Of a stretch of 64,000 bases of DNA, positions 22,913-34,662 are shown piece after piece. Under the pieces are notes generated by a model. It did not search any database and was not told the origin of the DNA. It saw nothing but the letters and a program-made list of their open reading frames with translations. The stretch covers positions 12,586,001 through 12,650,000 of the forward strand of contig NC_083426.1 of assembly GCF_020745735.1 (NCBI RefSeq). Reading direction: 5' to 3'. Origin of the DNA: Hemiscyllium ocellatum. Taxonomy: Eukaryota. Position numbers and translations under genes: made by a program. Each line of letters opens with the position of its first letter. Position 1 is the stretch's first letter.

Positions 22913-23619
22913 TTTGAGAAGTTGAGGTGTAGAAAACAAGTTTCCACACTTGTTGCATGGTTTGATGTTCATTGTTGTTTGACACAAGAAGAAAAAAAGT
23001 GTGAATATTATCGAGGGAGATGTGTGATAGATACCCATGGATGTACAATGAGACTCAGTGTTAGTTACTTTTGTCTGCAAATTGGAGAGAGAGCTGCCCT
23101 GGAACAGCACTTACTGGAGGCTAATGTTGTGGGCCCTGGTACATTTGAAGGACATTGTTGGATGTGGATTGAACAAACAGTGAACAGATGCCCTGAGCAG
23201 GATGTCATATGTCATCTGAATATGTCTGCAGCCACGTTTGCACAGCCACTGATAGAAATGGTCAGTGGAGAAGCATTCCGGAAAGGCAGGGTGGGGACAG
23301 TTTTCTTAGAGCCCACATCAGTTTTAATCAACAAGATACTGTGGATGGCACACTCTGGGTCATTCAAGGCTGTACTGAGAGTTTTCAGACCCAGCCCTTT
23401 GATCACAATCTCTGGGAAGGAAACCTCCTGGGACAGGCTCATGTCCATGTTGTGGGCGGATCACTGCACCATTCCAGAGCAAATGGGACATCCATCCGAA
23501 TGAGGGAGGGGCTTTGTGGCAGCTCCAGGTCCTGCAATTGTTTGTCTCAGAAGAACAGTCTTTTAAAAACTGCTGAGTGCCCATCTTCCAGGATAAGGAT
23601 TTTGAAATGAGTTTGAAGG

Positions 23620-24400
23620 AGTGTACTGTACCTTTAAGAGGGAGTGAAAGCTCGCAAACACCTGCCATGTCACAAAGTCTGCTGGAAAAATTAAAGTTGA
23701 AATGTTTTGGCTGTAACCTAGATACCTGACGTTTTTGTTCAGCAGTTCGAATTTCACCAGTCTGTTTAAATTATGCCCCAGGATACCAAAACCCAATCAA
23801 ATTTGAATTTTCATGTTTGGCAACATGGAACCAATGAGACAATCTGATGTTTTGGGGTATCAAAAGCAGGCATTTTGGACAGGTAGCCAGAAAAAGAGCA
23901 CTTTTTGCCATCAACAGACTGCTTTTTAAAACACTTGCTGAAAGGGGCCTTATTTTTCATAGGAAAAATCTGTGCAGTGGAAGACCAAAGATGACCAAAG
24001 AAGATCTACAGACAGAGGAGGATCAACACTGCTCTCTGGATTTGAAAATTGTTTTGCTGTAAATTTAATAGTTGCTTTATTGGATCAATATATTGCTATC
24101 GATTGGGCGGTTTATACCAAATCTTTAAGAGAAAGGATGCTTAGAGTTGTAAATAATTGTTGTTTAATGTTCATTTTAGAGCTAAATAATAAAATTGTCA
24201 TTTGTTTTCTTTAAATAGTAGAGTTTGGGTCATTCACCAGAGGGATCCTCACCTTGGAACTGAAGCTCACTCCCAGTTACTCCATCACAGCTCACTTCAC
24301 CCTGAAATTTCCCTCCGTTGTTGAGTTTGTTTTTTTGCTTGAAATCGGCCCCAGGGCTTATTTACTTGGATCTTGTGGAAATGGAGCAGAGGGTGTCCTT
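23620..24400 (+). mobile_element. Possible solo LTR
   Basis: Starts tgtactgtacctttaagag; CCAAT-like accaatgag, TATA-like ggtatcaaaag, AATAAA-like signal. Ends and target duplication not resolved. Confidence 0.3.
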
Positions 24401-24779
24401 CCCCTGTACACCCCAGAGTTCAGATCCTAACACAATAATTATTCAGCATCAACAGGAGGCAGATTCTGCAAACAAACAAAATATTCTAAAACATTCTATT
24501 TTAGCTCCATGATCATTTTTTGCAAAACAAATCTATATTTGTCAAACACCGTTGAAATGTTCTAACATGAGAGAACGAGCCACTTGTCATTCAGTTGAGA
24601 TTTCACTATAACTACTGACCTTGGGTCAACCTGATCTTCACCACCGAATCCTTTAACTGTCTTGATTTCAGAATTTTCTATTCTTTCAGTGAAAAATAAT
24701 TTAGTTCTTCTGTTAAACATAACTGATAGGAGAAAAAAATCTCCAGAATAAAATTTCAATCTCTGGCTCACTGTGGTTT

Positions 24780-24909
24780 CAGTCGCTGGCTTCCTTTATC
24801 CTCTTCCGTGTGTAACTTCTTGTAGACATTGCATTACACACTTATCACAATGTGAGAAACAAGAGCTGAGAGACTGACATCAATACTTGAACTGGTCTTT
24901 GTGAATAAA
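24780..24909 (+). promoter_or_regulatory. Putative proximal promoter/5' UTR of gene B (Ets and GATA motifs)
   Basis: Homologous to 34490-34625; CTTCC(T/G) Ets cores at 24790 and 24803, CTTATCA (WGATAR reverse) at 24841-24847; no obvious TATA box. Confidence 0.4.
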
Positions 24910-24949
24910 ATGATGTGGACTTTGATTCTCCTCATCTGTTCCATTCCCG
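24910..24949 (+). CDS. Gene B exon 1: signal peptide
   Basis: ATG ATG TGG ACT TTG ATT CTC CTC ATC TGT TCC ATT CCC G|GTgaat = MMWTLILLICSIP; joins to (V)SGA at 27727. Paralog of 34626-34662. Confidence 0.85.
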
Positions 24950-26170
24950 GTGAATGACCATCTGAGTTATATATTCAGATAATCAATGTTTGATAAAGTT
25001 TATGGTCTGGTATTTCCAGTCAAGTTGTTTAAATATCTGGAAGTTTGTAAAGGACCAAAGGAAGATTGTATGAAACAGTGAGGAACATTGTTATTGTTGT
25101 GACAAATGCTCAGAGTTCAATTCACATTCCAGCACATTTTGCAAAGGAATGTGTATTCTGATAAAGCCAAACAGTTTCAAAGTTAGAAATCACATAGCAC
25201 TAGGTTATAATCCAGCATGTTTATTTGGAAGGACTGGCTTTCGGAGCGCTGCTCCTTTGTTAGATAGCAACCTGATGAAGGAACAGTGTTCCAAAAGCTA
25301 GTAATTCTAATGAAACCTTTTGGACTATAATCTGCTGTTGCATTATTTTTAACGTCACCCAACCGAGTCCAACACTGTCACCTCCTCAAATAAGGTTCAC
25401 GATCAATCTACAAATCCTTCCAAAATGTCCATGGTAAGGAGCAGGACTGGGTAAGGTTCCAGGTCAGCCTTACACAATGCAGAGTGACACCCCTCACATT
25501 ACAGCGACTGGCTTCAGGTGAGTAACAAGCTGCAGAAAACAGACACAGCATGGACTTTGTCTGCCCCATGTGTCTCTAAATATGGAAGTCTTTGAGGTTT
25601 AAAGGAACAAATTTAAAAATACCCGAACAACATCACAAAATGCCATATCTTCTCCTGAACATATTATAATCCCATGCGACATAGTTCTCGATTTCTTTAG
25701 AGTGGCATTATTAATTATCAGAGAAATAAAAAAGGACCAAAAAATATTTCTTTAAAGTGAAAAAAGCAGCATAATCCTTTTAATTTGCCCAAAGTTTTAC
25801 ATGTTCAGTACATACTGAAAACTGGAGTGGGAACAAATTCTCAAAAAACACCATCTTAAATTTGCTTTTATTTCTTTTCTTTTTGAAGTGCAGTTCATTA
25901 AATATTGTTTTGTGAGGTTCTGTCGCAAAAGTAGGTGGTTGGTTTATATTTCTCTTCACAGAAAAAACCTTCTTCCTTCCAGTCCAACATGAATCAAGTT
26001 GCTTAATCTCTTTCATTCTCTTTGATTTATACATTACAATGTAACACTGCAATAAACTTATTGTTCATCATTACAATCTCTCCATTTAGGATCAAGAAAT
26101 TTTGAAACACTACGATAAAAATTCCCATTATCGCATTACTCTTGGCTACAAAACATTTAATTCAGATCCA

Positions 26171-26789
26171 TGAAACGTTCCTGCAAGATGTTTTTTGCTT
26201 TCGCTATGGAAAATAAAGAGCATAAAGGCATGTGAAGGGTTAAACATGAGGACTGGTGGAATGTTACAAGGATCTGTGGAATACTCCATCAGTCGGGTAT
26301 GGAACAATGGCAGTATCATTATGTTAGTTGGGCAGTATAATTAGGTTAGGTACCAACGGCAGCATAATCAGGTTAATCAAAGCACATGACATACAAGTGT
26401 TCGCATGATGTAATAGGGTCAACCTGGGGCTGAAGACCATTGTCACAGATGTAATAGTAAATATCTAATCACTATATAGTAAAGTAAGAATAAGTTTGAA
26501 GTATAAAAAAACCATAGCGGCAGAAGTAGAGACATAACATGAACGAACATCATTGGTTTGTTGCATAACTGCAGAAAGATAACCCTGACTAACACAATTG
26601 GACATGCTGATAAACCTGAAGAAAGCATGATAACTAAGAGATATTAAAAATAACAGACCCCGAGGTGCAGGGGCAATCATGAATTCGCTTTCTGATTGTT
26701 CAGGCTTTTGTTTGCAAATAAAAGATCATCTGCTTGAAGAACTCACCACGTCTCCTGGTAATTCTCCACGGTATCACCCACCAACTTCA
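26171..26789 (+). mobile_element. Possible solo LTR
   Basis: TGAA...TTCA termini, tataaaa and AATAAA near the 3' end; no target duplication found. Confidence 0.25.
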
Positions 26790-27726
26790 TGCAGAATACC
26801 TCATGGACAGAAACCTGAATTGTGCATCTCTCTGTTTGGTAATCCCCTTTCTTTTTAAAGCTTCCTGCTTCCAATGAGGTCTCTTTTTCCTCCCCTTCAT
26901 CACATTTAAACATTCATGTATCTTGCTCCCTGTCTCTTTTCTGAAAGTTATTAAAGTCGATCCAGTCATTAACAGGCTGCTCCTCTTCCACATCGGGACA
27001 CAATATGGCAGCAATGTGAACATTTTCTCATGAAGCATCTCATCCAGAACAATCTGTAAACTATTTCTGTTATTTTATTATCCATACAATGACAACAATG
27101 TGTAATTACAATTCATCCTGCCTTCACTGCCCTCCAGATCCTGCACATTGATCTCTCTCTCCCCTCATGAACCATCCTTTGCTGAGCTTCAATTCTCTTC
27201 CTTTCCCACTTGAGACCTCTCATCATCTTCCTGGATCACTTGTTGTATCACCCCCTTGAACCCTGAAAATTCAGCCCCTGATCCCACCATGAGTCCACAC
27301 ACACATCACCCCCCCCCACCCCTCTCCTTCCTGAATGAAAGCCTCCTTCTCCGGTTGGAGTAAGGACCCTTCAGCACCTGTGCCCTCCTTCACACTGATC
27401 CCCAGCCGACTCCAATCCAGGCCTATCACTCAGGCTGCTCTCCAGGGGGGCAACATTTCAATGATGTCACACACGGTGGAGTTAGAGCCCACAGCGGACA
27501 GCACAAACCCAATTTCAAGATTGTCCCAAAGCACAACCGGGAGGTAAGAAAATATCCCGACTGTTTCAATCATTCCCTGGGAATATGGAACAGCCTGAGG
27601 CTCAGATAAGGGTTTAAATGAATGATTACCTTCATCATATACCGGATGGAATGTAGTTGCTTTAAATGCATCTGTGTTTATTAAACATTTATCTCCAGTT
27701 TAATTTCTGAAATATTGTCTCCTCAG

Positions 27727-28034
27727 TTTCAGGTGCTTTTGGACAGAGAAACACATAACAGGAATTTATCACAATATCTTGTCACCACGTAGAAGGTGGT
27801 AGCAGCCACACATGAAATATTGGTGTCACGGATGGACTTGTTCATGTAATGTTATAGCACTGACAAATTGGCCAAATGGGAGAATATCAATCACTGATAA
27901 CAAAACACAAGGAATATTTCTTGTTACAATAAAGAATCATCAATAAGAAGATGCCGGATGGTACAGCTGTGGGATTCAGATTCCTGGTATTTACTCTGAC
28001 CCCATGTCTAATGTAAACCTGCACATCTCTGAAG
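27727..28034 (+). pseudogene. Gene B V-set Ig exon, disrupted
   Basis: Acceptor tctcctcAG and donor GTaact. Recognisable HMKYWCHGWTCSC...GRISITDNKTQGIFLVTIKNHQ*EDAGWYSCGIQ...LHISE, but with frameshifts near the 5' end, a deletion before the B strand and an in-frame TAA just before EDAGWYSC. Confidence 0.85.
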
Positions 28035-28172
28035 GTAACTGTTTCAGTGATTTTCTTAAATTACCCTTTGTTGATATGTGTGATCAGTGTTTTATCAAGG
28101 AAGAAAGGGGGTGACAAAGCGAGGAAGGGTATTTGTATATTCGATCTCTCAATAATTGTTTCTTTCCCACAG

Positions 28173-28496
28173 AAGCCGTCTCTGTTCCTGGGCTTCGATA
28201 TTTATCCCAAACAAATGTCTCATGTTCTGGGGGTTCAGTGACAGTCTCCTGTGAGTCTGCCCAGGGATCCCTCCCCATTCACTACACATGGTCTGAGAAG
28301 ATGCCATCACAAGATTCAAAGATCTCTGACACCAATAAACTGGATCTACATTGTCAATCCTTCACACGGCAACATCATCAATATTACTGCACAGCCACAA
28401 ATACTCAGGGAACAAAACCCAGTGAAATGGTTCATGTGTCAGTCAACAATGTAAGAGAGAAGAACTGCAGTTATAGGATACAGATCAACAGCATCG
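28173..28496 (+). CDS. Gene B exon: intact C2-type Ig domain (phase 1-1)
   Basis: Acceptor tttctttcccacAG and donor GTaagt. Open frame (E)AVSVPGLRY...SCSGG..VSCESAQGSLPIHYTW...LDLHCQ...YYCTATN...KNCSYRIQINSI. Confidence 0.85.
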
Positions 28497-28749
28497 GTAA
28501 GTGTGATGCAAACAATGTTTGTTTATTATCTCACTCTGGGAAACTGTAATTGATAAAATGCACTCCATTTGTTTCATTGTCAGTTCTGAACAAAGATAAT
28601 GGTTTACACTGTAGTTAGAAAATGAACAGGTTCATAAAATACTGCCCACAGCCTGCAGAAACATTGCAACAACTCCATTCTACATTGCAATCATTTGCTT
28701 CCTTCAACCAAAAACGTCACAAATGGGGGAGATACTAAACAAATATCTT

Positions 28750-29530
28750 GAATATTTTACTGTGGAGAAAGATATGGAGATTAGGAAACTCAGGGAAATA
28801 AACATTGATGTCTTGAAAATAGTACATGTTACAGAAGAGCAGTAGATGTTGTCTATATGGACTTTAGAAACAAGGTTCCACATGGCAGACTAATTCATAA
28901 AGTTAGATCTCATGTGATTCAGGTTGAGTTTGTCAATTGAATACAAAATTAGCTTAATGGCAGGAGACAGAGCGTGGTGGTGAAGGGTCGTTTTTTTGGA
29001 TTGGAAGCCTTTGACTAGTGGTGTTCCACAGGGATCGGTGTAATTTATATAAACAATTTGAATGAGAAATTAGAAGGCATAGTTCGTAAGTTCATGGATG
29101 ACACCAAAATTGATGGCGTTGTTGACAGTGACAAAGGTTATCTACAATTACGAAGGGATCTTGATCAATTGGGTCAATGGGCTGAGGAGTGGCAGAAGGA
29201 GTTTAATTTGGTCCAATGTGAGGTATAGCCTTTTGATAAAACAAACAAAGACAGGACTAATACAATTAAAAGTAGAGCCCTGGATAGTGCTGTCGAACAG
29301 AGAGACCCAGGGGATCTTTGAAATTTGCATCACAGGTGGACAGGGTGGTAAAGAAGGTATTTAGCATGTTTACTATCATTGCTCAGACCATTGAGGGGAG
29401 GAGTTGGAGCATTACGTTGAGCTAGTACAGAATAATGGTGAGGCCACTGTTGGAAACTACATACACTTCTAGTCCCACTGCTTTCAGCAAGTTATTATGA
29501 AATTGAAGAGGTTTCAGCAAAGATTTACCA
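28750..29530 (+). mobile_element. CR1 LINE fragments in gene B
   Basis: VYMDF..KVPHG, SGVPQGS and DDTK remnants. Confidence 0.7.
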
Positions 29531-29540
29531 AGATCAAAGT

Positions 29541-30045
29541 TTGTGAGAAGATTTGTAGCTCGGGTGCCCGTTGTTATGTTTCTGTTCGCCGAGCTGGGAG
29601 TTTTTGTTGCAAACGTTTCGGCCCCTTTCTAGGTGACATCCTCAGTGTTTGGGAAACTCCTGTGAAGCGCTTCTGTGCTGATTCCTTCGGCATTTAGAGT
29701 GATTTGAATCTGCTGCTTCCGGTTGTCAGTTGCTGTTCGCTGCAGTGGCTGGTATATTGGGTCCAGGTCGATGTGTCTGTTGATAGAATTTGTGGATGAG
29801 TGCCATGCCTCTAGGAATTCCCTGGCTGTTCTCTGTTTGGCGTGCCCTATAATAGTGGTGTTGTCCCAATCGAATTCGTGTTGTTTATCATCTGAGTGTA
29901 TGGCTACTAAGGATATCTGGTCGTGTCGTTTCGTGGCTAGTTGGTGTTCATGGATGCGGGTTGTTAGCTGTCTTCCTGTTTGTCCTATGTAGTGTTTTGT
30001 GCAGTCCTTGCATGGGATTTTTGTACACTACGTTGGTTTTGCTCA
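29541..30045 (-). mobile_element. Penelope-like 3' fragment (GIY-YIG domain)
   Basis: Minus strand NVVYK[frameshift]IPCKDCTKHYIGQTGRQLTTRIHEHQ...FDWDNTTIIG..REFLEAWHS. Confidence 0.8.
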
Positions 30046-30194
30046 GAGATTTCTCATAAATTCCAGTGAAATTTGTATTCAGTAAAAGTTTGACGAATAA
30101 ATGCATAGTCTCATTTTGGAGTAATTTCCACCAACCCCATACTTACTTGACATGCCCCAAACTATACTTTCCCAAGACTCCTTCCACCCCTCAG

Positions 30195-30280
30195 ACTCAT
30201 GGTGGGAATCGTGGATGCAATAGTGATGACTGTAGTTCAGTACATGATTATGCACACTGCACTACATGTTCAGTTTGAAG
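30195..30280 (+). CDS. Gene B candidate (degenerate) transmembrane exon (phase 2-1)
   Basis: Acceptor ccttccacccctcAG and donor GTtata. Reads LMVGIVDAIVMTVVQYMIMHTALHVQFE; length and phases match the gene C TM exon. It has polar residues, no basic stop-transfer cluster, and only a 52-nt intron to the next exon. Confidence 0.4.
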
Positions 30281-30332
30281 GTTATAAACATCCTGTTAAA
30301 TTTGCTTAAACAATTGTGTTGCAATGTTTCAG

Positions 30333-30385
30333 GTACCTTCTGCATCAGGTGTCATCAAAGAGCTAAGATTCTTAATGATGACCAG
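30333..30385 (+). CDS. Gene B short cytoplasmic exon (phase 1-0)
   Basis: Acceptor gcaatgtttcAG and donor GTaaga. Reads (G)TFCIRCHQRAKILNDDQ; same phases and position as gene C exon 63299-63345. Confidence 0.65.
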
Positions 30386-31179
30386 GTAAGAATAATAAAT
30401 ATTAACTTGCTGTGTATTGTTTAGAAATTTGCAGAACATAGGATTTACAGCACAGAAATCAGCTATTTGATCCATCCGCGACATCCTGGCTCTTATGCCC
30501 CATGCAAGACTTCTCCCACACCTCTTCATCTAACCCTTCCAATTCCCACTTCCAACTCCTTCTTTCTTCACATGCTGATCAAATTATCTCTTAAATTTCA
30601 CAATGTAACTTGACTCAACTCCTCCCTAAGAAAAAAGAAGTGGGCAATTCAGGAGAAACCTTGTTATCCAAAGATTGTCAGAAAGTGGAACTTATTGCCA
30701 TTAGGGGTCCTTGAGGCAAATACTGTAAATCCACTCAGAGGGGCAGCTGGATAAGCACAGGAGGGTGAAATGAATAGTAAGATATGTTGATGAGATTGGA
30801 TGAAAATGTATAGAGGAGGCTGGAGGAGAATTACTTTAGTACTGGGATGCATTACTTATTCTCCACTGGAAATAGAGTCATAGAAATGGACAGCACAGAA
30901 ACAGATCCTTCGTTCCAACCCATCCATGCCTCAGTCTATTTGGCCTCTCCATATAGCTCAAATCGTCCAACCCTGGTAACATCCTTGTCAATCTTTTCTG
31001 AATCTTTTAAGTTTCACAACTTCCTCCGATAGGAAGGGACCAGTACTGCACACAATAACAATTCATAATATCTTCTAATATACTGTATTGCTTAATAATA
31101 ATCAAGAAATTGCTTTCTCTTCGATATAACACCAATCACCATTCAAGTGAAAGAAAAGCACATTTTTTTTCAATTTTAG

Positions 31180-31491
31180 GGATTAGCATCAGTGGAAGAG
31201 AACTTGGTATATGCAAACATAAACCACATTCAAAGGAACACAGCAGAAAGACAGAGAGAGAGAAGAAGCAACTTGAAGAATGATGAAATCACATACGCAG
31301 TGTTGGCATTTCAAAAGAAATCTTCATCACTGAGAGGTGGGCTGGCAATGCACACAGGTGACAACTCAGACAGTGTCACCTACAGTGAGCTCAACTTTCC
31401 AAACCAACCGCCAAAGGGGAATAAAAAAGCCCCAAAACGCAACACCCCTCAGGAATCTGGAAGGGACGTTTATGATGATATTGATTTTTAG
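31180..31491 (+). CDS. Gene B terminal exon: cytoplasmic tail with three ITIMs
   Basis: Acceptor ttttcaattttAG (phase 0). Reads GLASVEENLVYANI...EITYAVL...SVTYSEL...RDVYDDIDF*; LVYANI, ITYAVL and VTYSEL fit (I/V/L/S)xYxx(L/V/I). Confidence 0.88.
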   Translation, partial: GLASVEENLVYANINHIQRNTAERQRERRSNLKNDEITYAVLAFQKKSSSLRGGLAMHTGDNSDSVTYSELNFPNQPPKGNKKAPKRNTPQESGRDVYDDIDF

Positions 31492-32539
31492 GAAAACCAT
31501 GATGAGATATTTGTACTGTTCATTTTTCCTTCTTTGCAATGCAGTTGTATTTAGTTTTGTCTGTTGTAAGCTGCCCGCACATTTACTTTGTCCAACTCCT
31601 TAGGACTTGATCCCAACAATTCCATGCTCAATCCAGTTTGGTTTCCTAAGCAGATGGAATTAATTTACCTTTTATTCCCAAGTCTGGGTCACTTGCATTA
31701 AATAACAAGAGCAGAAGTCTAAATACCTAGCTGTTTGGCAACCCAATCAGTCCCCACCTCCCTGTCTCCCCTCACTCTAACCTCGGAGTTCACAGATTCC
31801 AGGTTGGAGCTCCATTCCTGGAGCTAAGTTCAAGAATCAAACTTGACATGCTAGCACGGCACTATGGGACCCTAATGATTGTGTGATACAGACTTTGCAC
31901 ATTGTTAAAAAGAGATGCAAAAGTTAAAGTTTTTGTTCTACTTTCATCAGGATTAAGCCACAAGAAACTAAACTTCAAAAGGGAATATCAATATAAACAG
32001 CATGAGAAGAGAGTGCAAGTTGTTTGGCTAATGGTTGACATGGAGATGCAGCAGGAACTGATAACCAGCAAGCTTAACTGATTAAACTCAGACCAGCCAA
32101 GTAGGCTCTGATTGGTTAAGGCTGCAATGATTAGCAAAATGCATGATTCTCTCCTCAATTAAACAGGTGAGATGTACGGACATATTCATTTTTCCTGGAA
32201 AGAACAGAGCCCTCAGTAGTAATATATGTAATTTCTAGCCTGCACAAATGAATCACACTGCAAGCCCAGTGGATAATCTGAAACTGGTTTCCAGTGTGTT
32301 TCTGTGCACAGGTGGGACTGTTCAATATTGTTCAACAGCAGCATCATGTCTAATGTTGGATATGTCACCCTGGGATTACAGTATGGGCTTGTTAACATGA
32401 TTGGCTCACTGCTGGCCTGCAGTGTTGTCTGATATAGTCAGCCTACACACTTGGCATCACAGCAACATTAAAGCTGGCATTCCACAGTGTTTCTGGATTA
32501 TAAGTGACAGTAAAAACATCAGAGTGTGGCAGCAGCCTA

Positions 32540-33920
32540 GGGCCTGGAGTGGAGTCGGCCTGGAGTAGAGTGGAGTGGGTAGTGGGTGTGGGGCCTAGAA
32601 TAGAGTGGTGTGGACGGTGGGTGTGAGGTCTGGAGTAAAGTGGAGTGGGCAGTGAGTGGGGGTCCTGGAATAGAGGGGAGTGGGCGGTGGGTGGGGGTCA
32701 TGGAGAAGAGTGGAGAGGGTGGTGGGTGTGGGACCTGCAGTAGAGTGGACTGGGTGGTGGGTGTGACGCCTGGAGTAGAGTGGAGTGGGTGGTAGTTGGG
32801 GGACCTGGAGTAGAGTGGAGTGGGCAGTGGGTGGGAGGACTGGAGTAGAGTGGAGTGGGCGGTAGGTGTGGGGCCTGTAGCAGAGTGGAGTGGGTGGTGG
32901 GTGGGGTTCCTGTGGTAGAGTGGAGTGGGCATGGGTGGTGGTCCTGGAGTAGAGTGGAGTGGGTGGTAGGTGTGTGGCCTGGAGTAGAGTGGAGTGGCTA
33001 GTGGGTGTGGGTCCTGGAGTAGAGTGAGTGGGTGGTAGTTGGGGGGCCTGGAGTAGAGTAGAGTAGGCTGTGGGTGGGAGGCCTGGAGTAGAGTGGAGTG
33101 GGTGGTGGGTGTGGGGCCTGGAGTAGAGTGGAGTGGCTGGTGGGTGTGGGTCCTGGAGTAGAGTGGAGTGGGTGGTAGTTGGGGGGCCTGGAGTAGAGTA
33201 GAGTAGGCTGTGGGTGGGAGGCCTGGAGTAGAGTGGAATGGGTGGTAGGTGTGGGCACTGGAGTAGAGTGGAGTGGGTGGTTGGTAGGAGGCCTGGAGTA
33301 GAGTGGATTGGGCGGTGGGTGGAGGGTGTGGGGGTTGGAGTAGAGTGGAGTGGGCGGTGGGTGGGGGTCCTTGAATAGAGTGGAGTGGGTGGTGGGTGGT
33401 GAGTGTGGGGCCGAGAGTAGAGTGGAGTGGGCGGTGGGTGGCGGTTCTGAAGTAGAGTGAAGTGGGCGGTGGTGGGGGGCCTGGAGTAAAGTGGAGTGGG
33501 CGGTGGGTGGTGGGTGTGGGGCTGGGAGTAGAGTGGAGTGGGCAGTGGGTGGTGGTTCTGGAGTAGAGTGAAGTGGGCGGTGGTGGGGGGCCTGGAGTAG
33601 AGTGGAGTGGGTGGTGGGTGTGGGGTCTGGAGTGGAGTGGAGTGGGCGGTAGGTGGGGGGCATGGAGTAGAGTGGAGTGGGTGGTGGTTGGGGTCCTGGA
33701 ATAGATCGGAGTGGGCGGTGGGTAGGGGGGCCTGGAATAGAGCAGAGTGTGCAGTGGGTGATGGGTGTGGGGCCTGGAGTAGAGTGGGGTGGGTAGGGGG
33801 TGGGGATCCTGGAGTAAAGTGGAGTGGGCGGTGGGTGTAGGGCCTGGAGTAGAGTGGTGTGGGCGGTGGGTGTGGGGCCTGGAGTAGAGTGGAGTGGGCA
33901 GTGGATGGGGGTCCTGGAGC
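32540..33920 (+). repeat. G-rich minisatellite, ~35-bp unit
   Basis: Consensus about GGGGCCTGGAGTAGAGTGGAGTGGGTGGTGGGTGT, roughly 39 units; a ~140-bp higher-order duplication at ~33000-33245. Confidence 0.95.
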
Positions 33921-34489
33921 AGGGAGCGTGTCACAGATGATGGTCAGCGGTTTTCTTGCCTGATTGGGGTCAGCTCAGTGTGAGGGGAGAGAGAGAAACC
34001 ACATGTGGAAATCCCCCAGTGTGGAGAGACTGCAGGCTCGAGAAGGACTGTAATGTCTACCTTTTAACTTTATCTCTTTATTTCCCTAACATGTGTAATG
34101 AAGAACTGTCATGTAGAACTTTTAGATTTTTTCTTTTTTTCTCAATGTTTTGTACTAATCTATTTTAGTCCCTAAGGTTTGTAACAATATACTTTGTCCT
34201 AAGATGGCATCGTGCATGGCAACATCGTACACTTTTCACTGGACCCCTGTACTTTTGTACTTGAGCACACATGACAATAAAACCTCATTCTAATTCTAAT
34301 TCAGGATAAATAATGAGCTTTGATCACCATTGTCCCCAGCATCTGAACTCTTCACCACCTTGATTTCACAATTCTTTGTTCATTTAATGAAAGTTCATTT
34401 CGTTCTTCTTTTAAATATAACTGACAGGAAACTGTCCCTTCAGGGTCAGTTCTCTGATTCTCAACCAGTTCTCTTCTGGTTGAGTGTGG

Positions 34490-34625
34490 TTTCAGAAGCT
34501 GGTTTCCTATATCCACTTCCTCAATTAAATTGTTGGAGACTTTGCAGTTCACACTTATCTCAATGTGAGAAACAAGAGCTGAGGGACTGACATCAAGAAC
34601 TGAGCTGATCTTTGTGAACAAAACG
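34490..34625 (+). promoter_or_regulatory. Putative proximal promoter/5' UTR of gene C (PU.1-like and GATA motifs)
   Basis: CACTTCCTC (reverse GAGGAAGTG) at 34514-34522 and CTTATCT at 34554-34560; block conserved with the gene B upstream region. Confidence 0.45.
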
Positions 34626-34662
34626 ATGTGGACTTTGGTTCTCCTCATTTGTTCCATTCCCG
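34626..34662 (+). CDS. Gene C exon 1: signal peptide
   Basis: ATG TGG ACT TTG GTT CTC CTC ATT TGT TCC ATT CCC G|GTgagt = MWTLVLLICSIP; phase 1, joins in frame to 42962 (ASSNLW). Confidence 0.85.

Noticed and set aside
22859-23668. Cluster of 80-200 aa ORFs on both strands
   Set aside because: No recognisable domain; adjacent to SINE and LTR-like sequence, probably a repeat fragment. A Dfam/Repbase search would settle it.
27335-27547. ORF ending at a strong GTAAGA donor inside gene B intron 1
   Set aside because: No clear acceptor; another frame reads like a LINE ORF2 C-terminus (..GIWNSL), so it is more likely a repeat remnant.
32537-33934. 465-aa Pro/Thr/His-rich minus-strand ORF as a mucin-like gene
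   Set aside because: It is the translation of the G-rich minisatellite; the C-rich strand is depleted of stop codons, and there is no splice or signal context.
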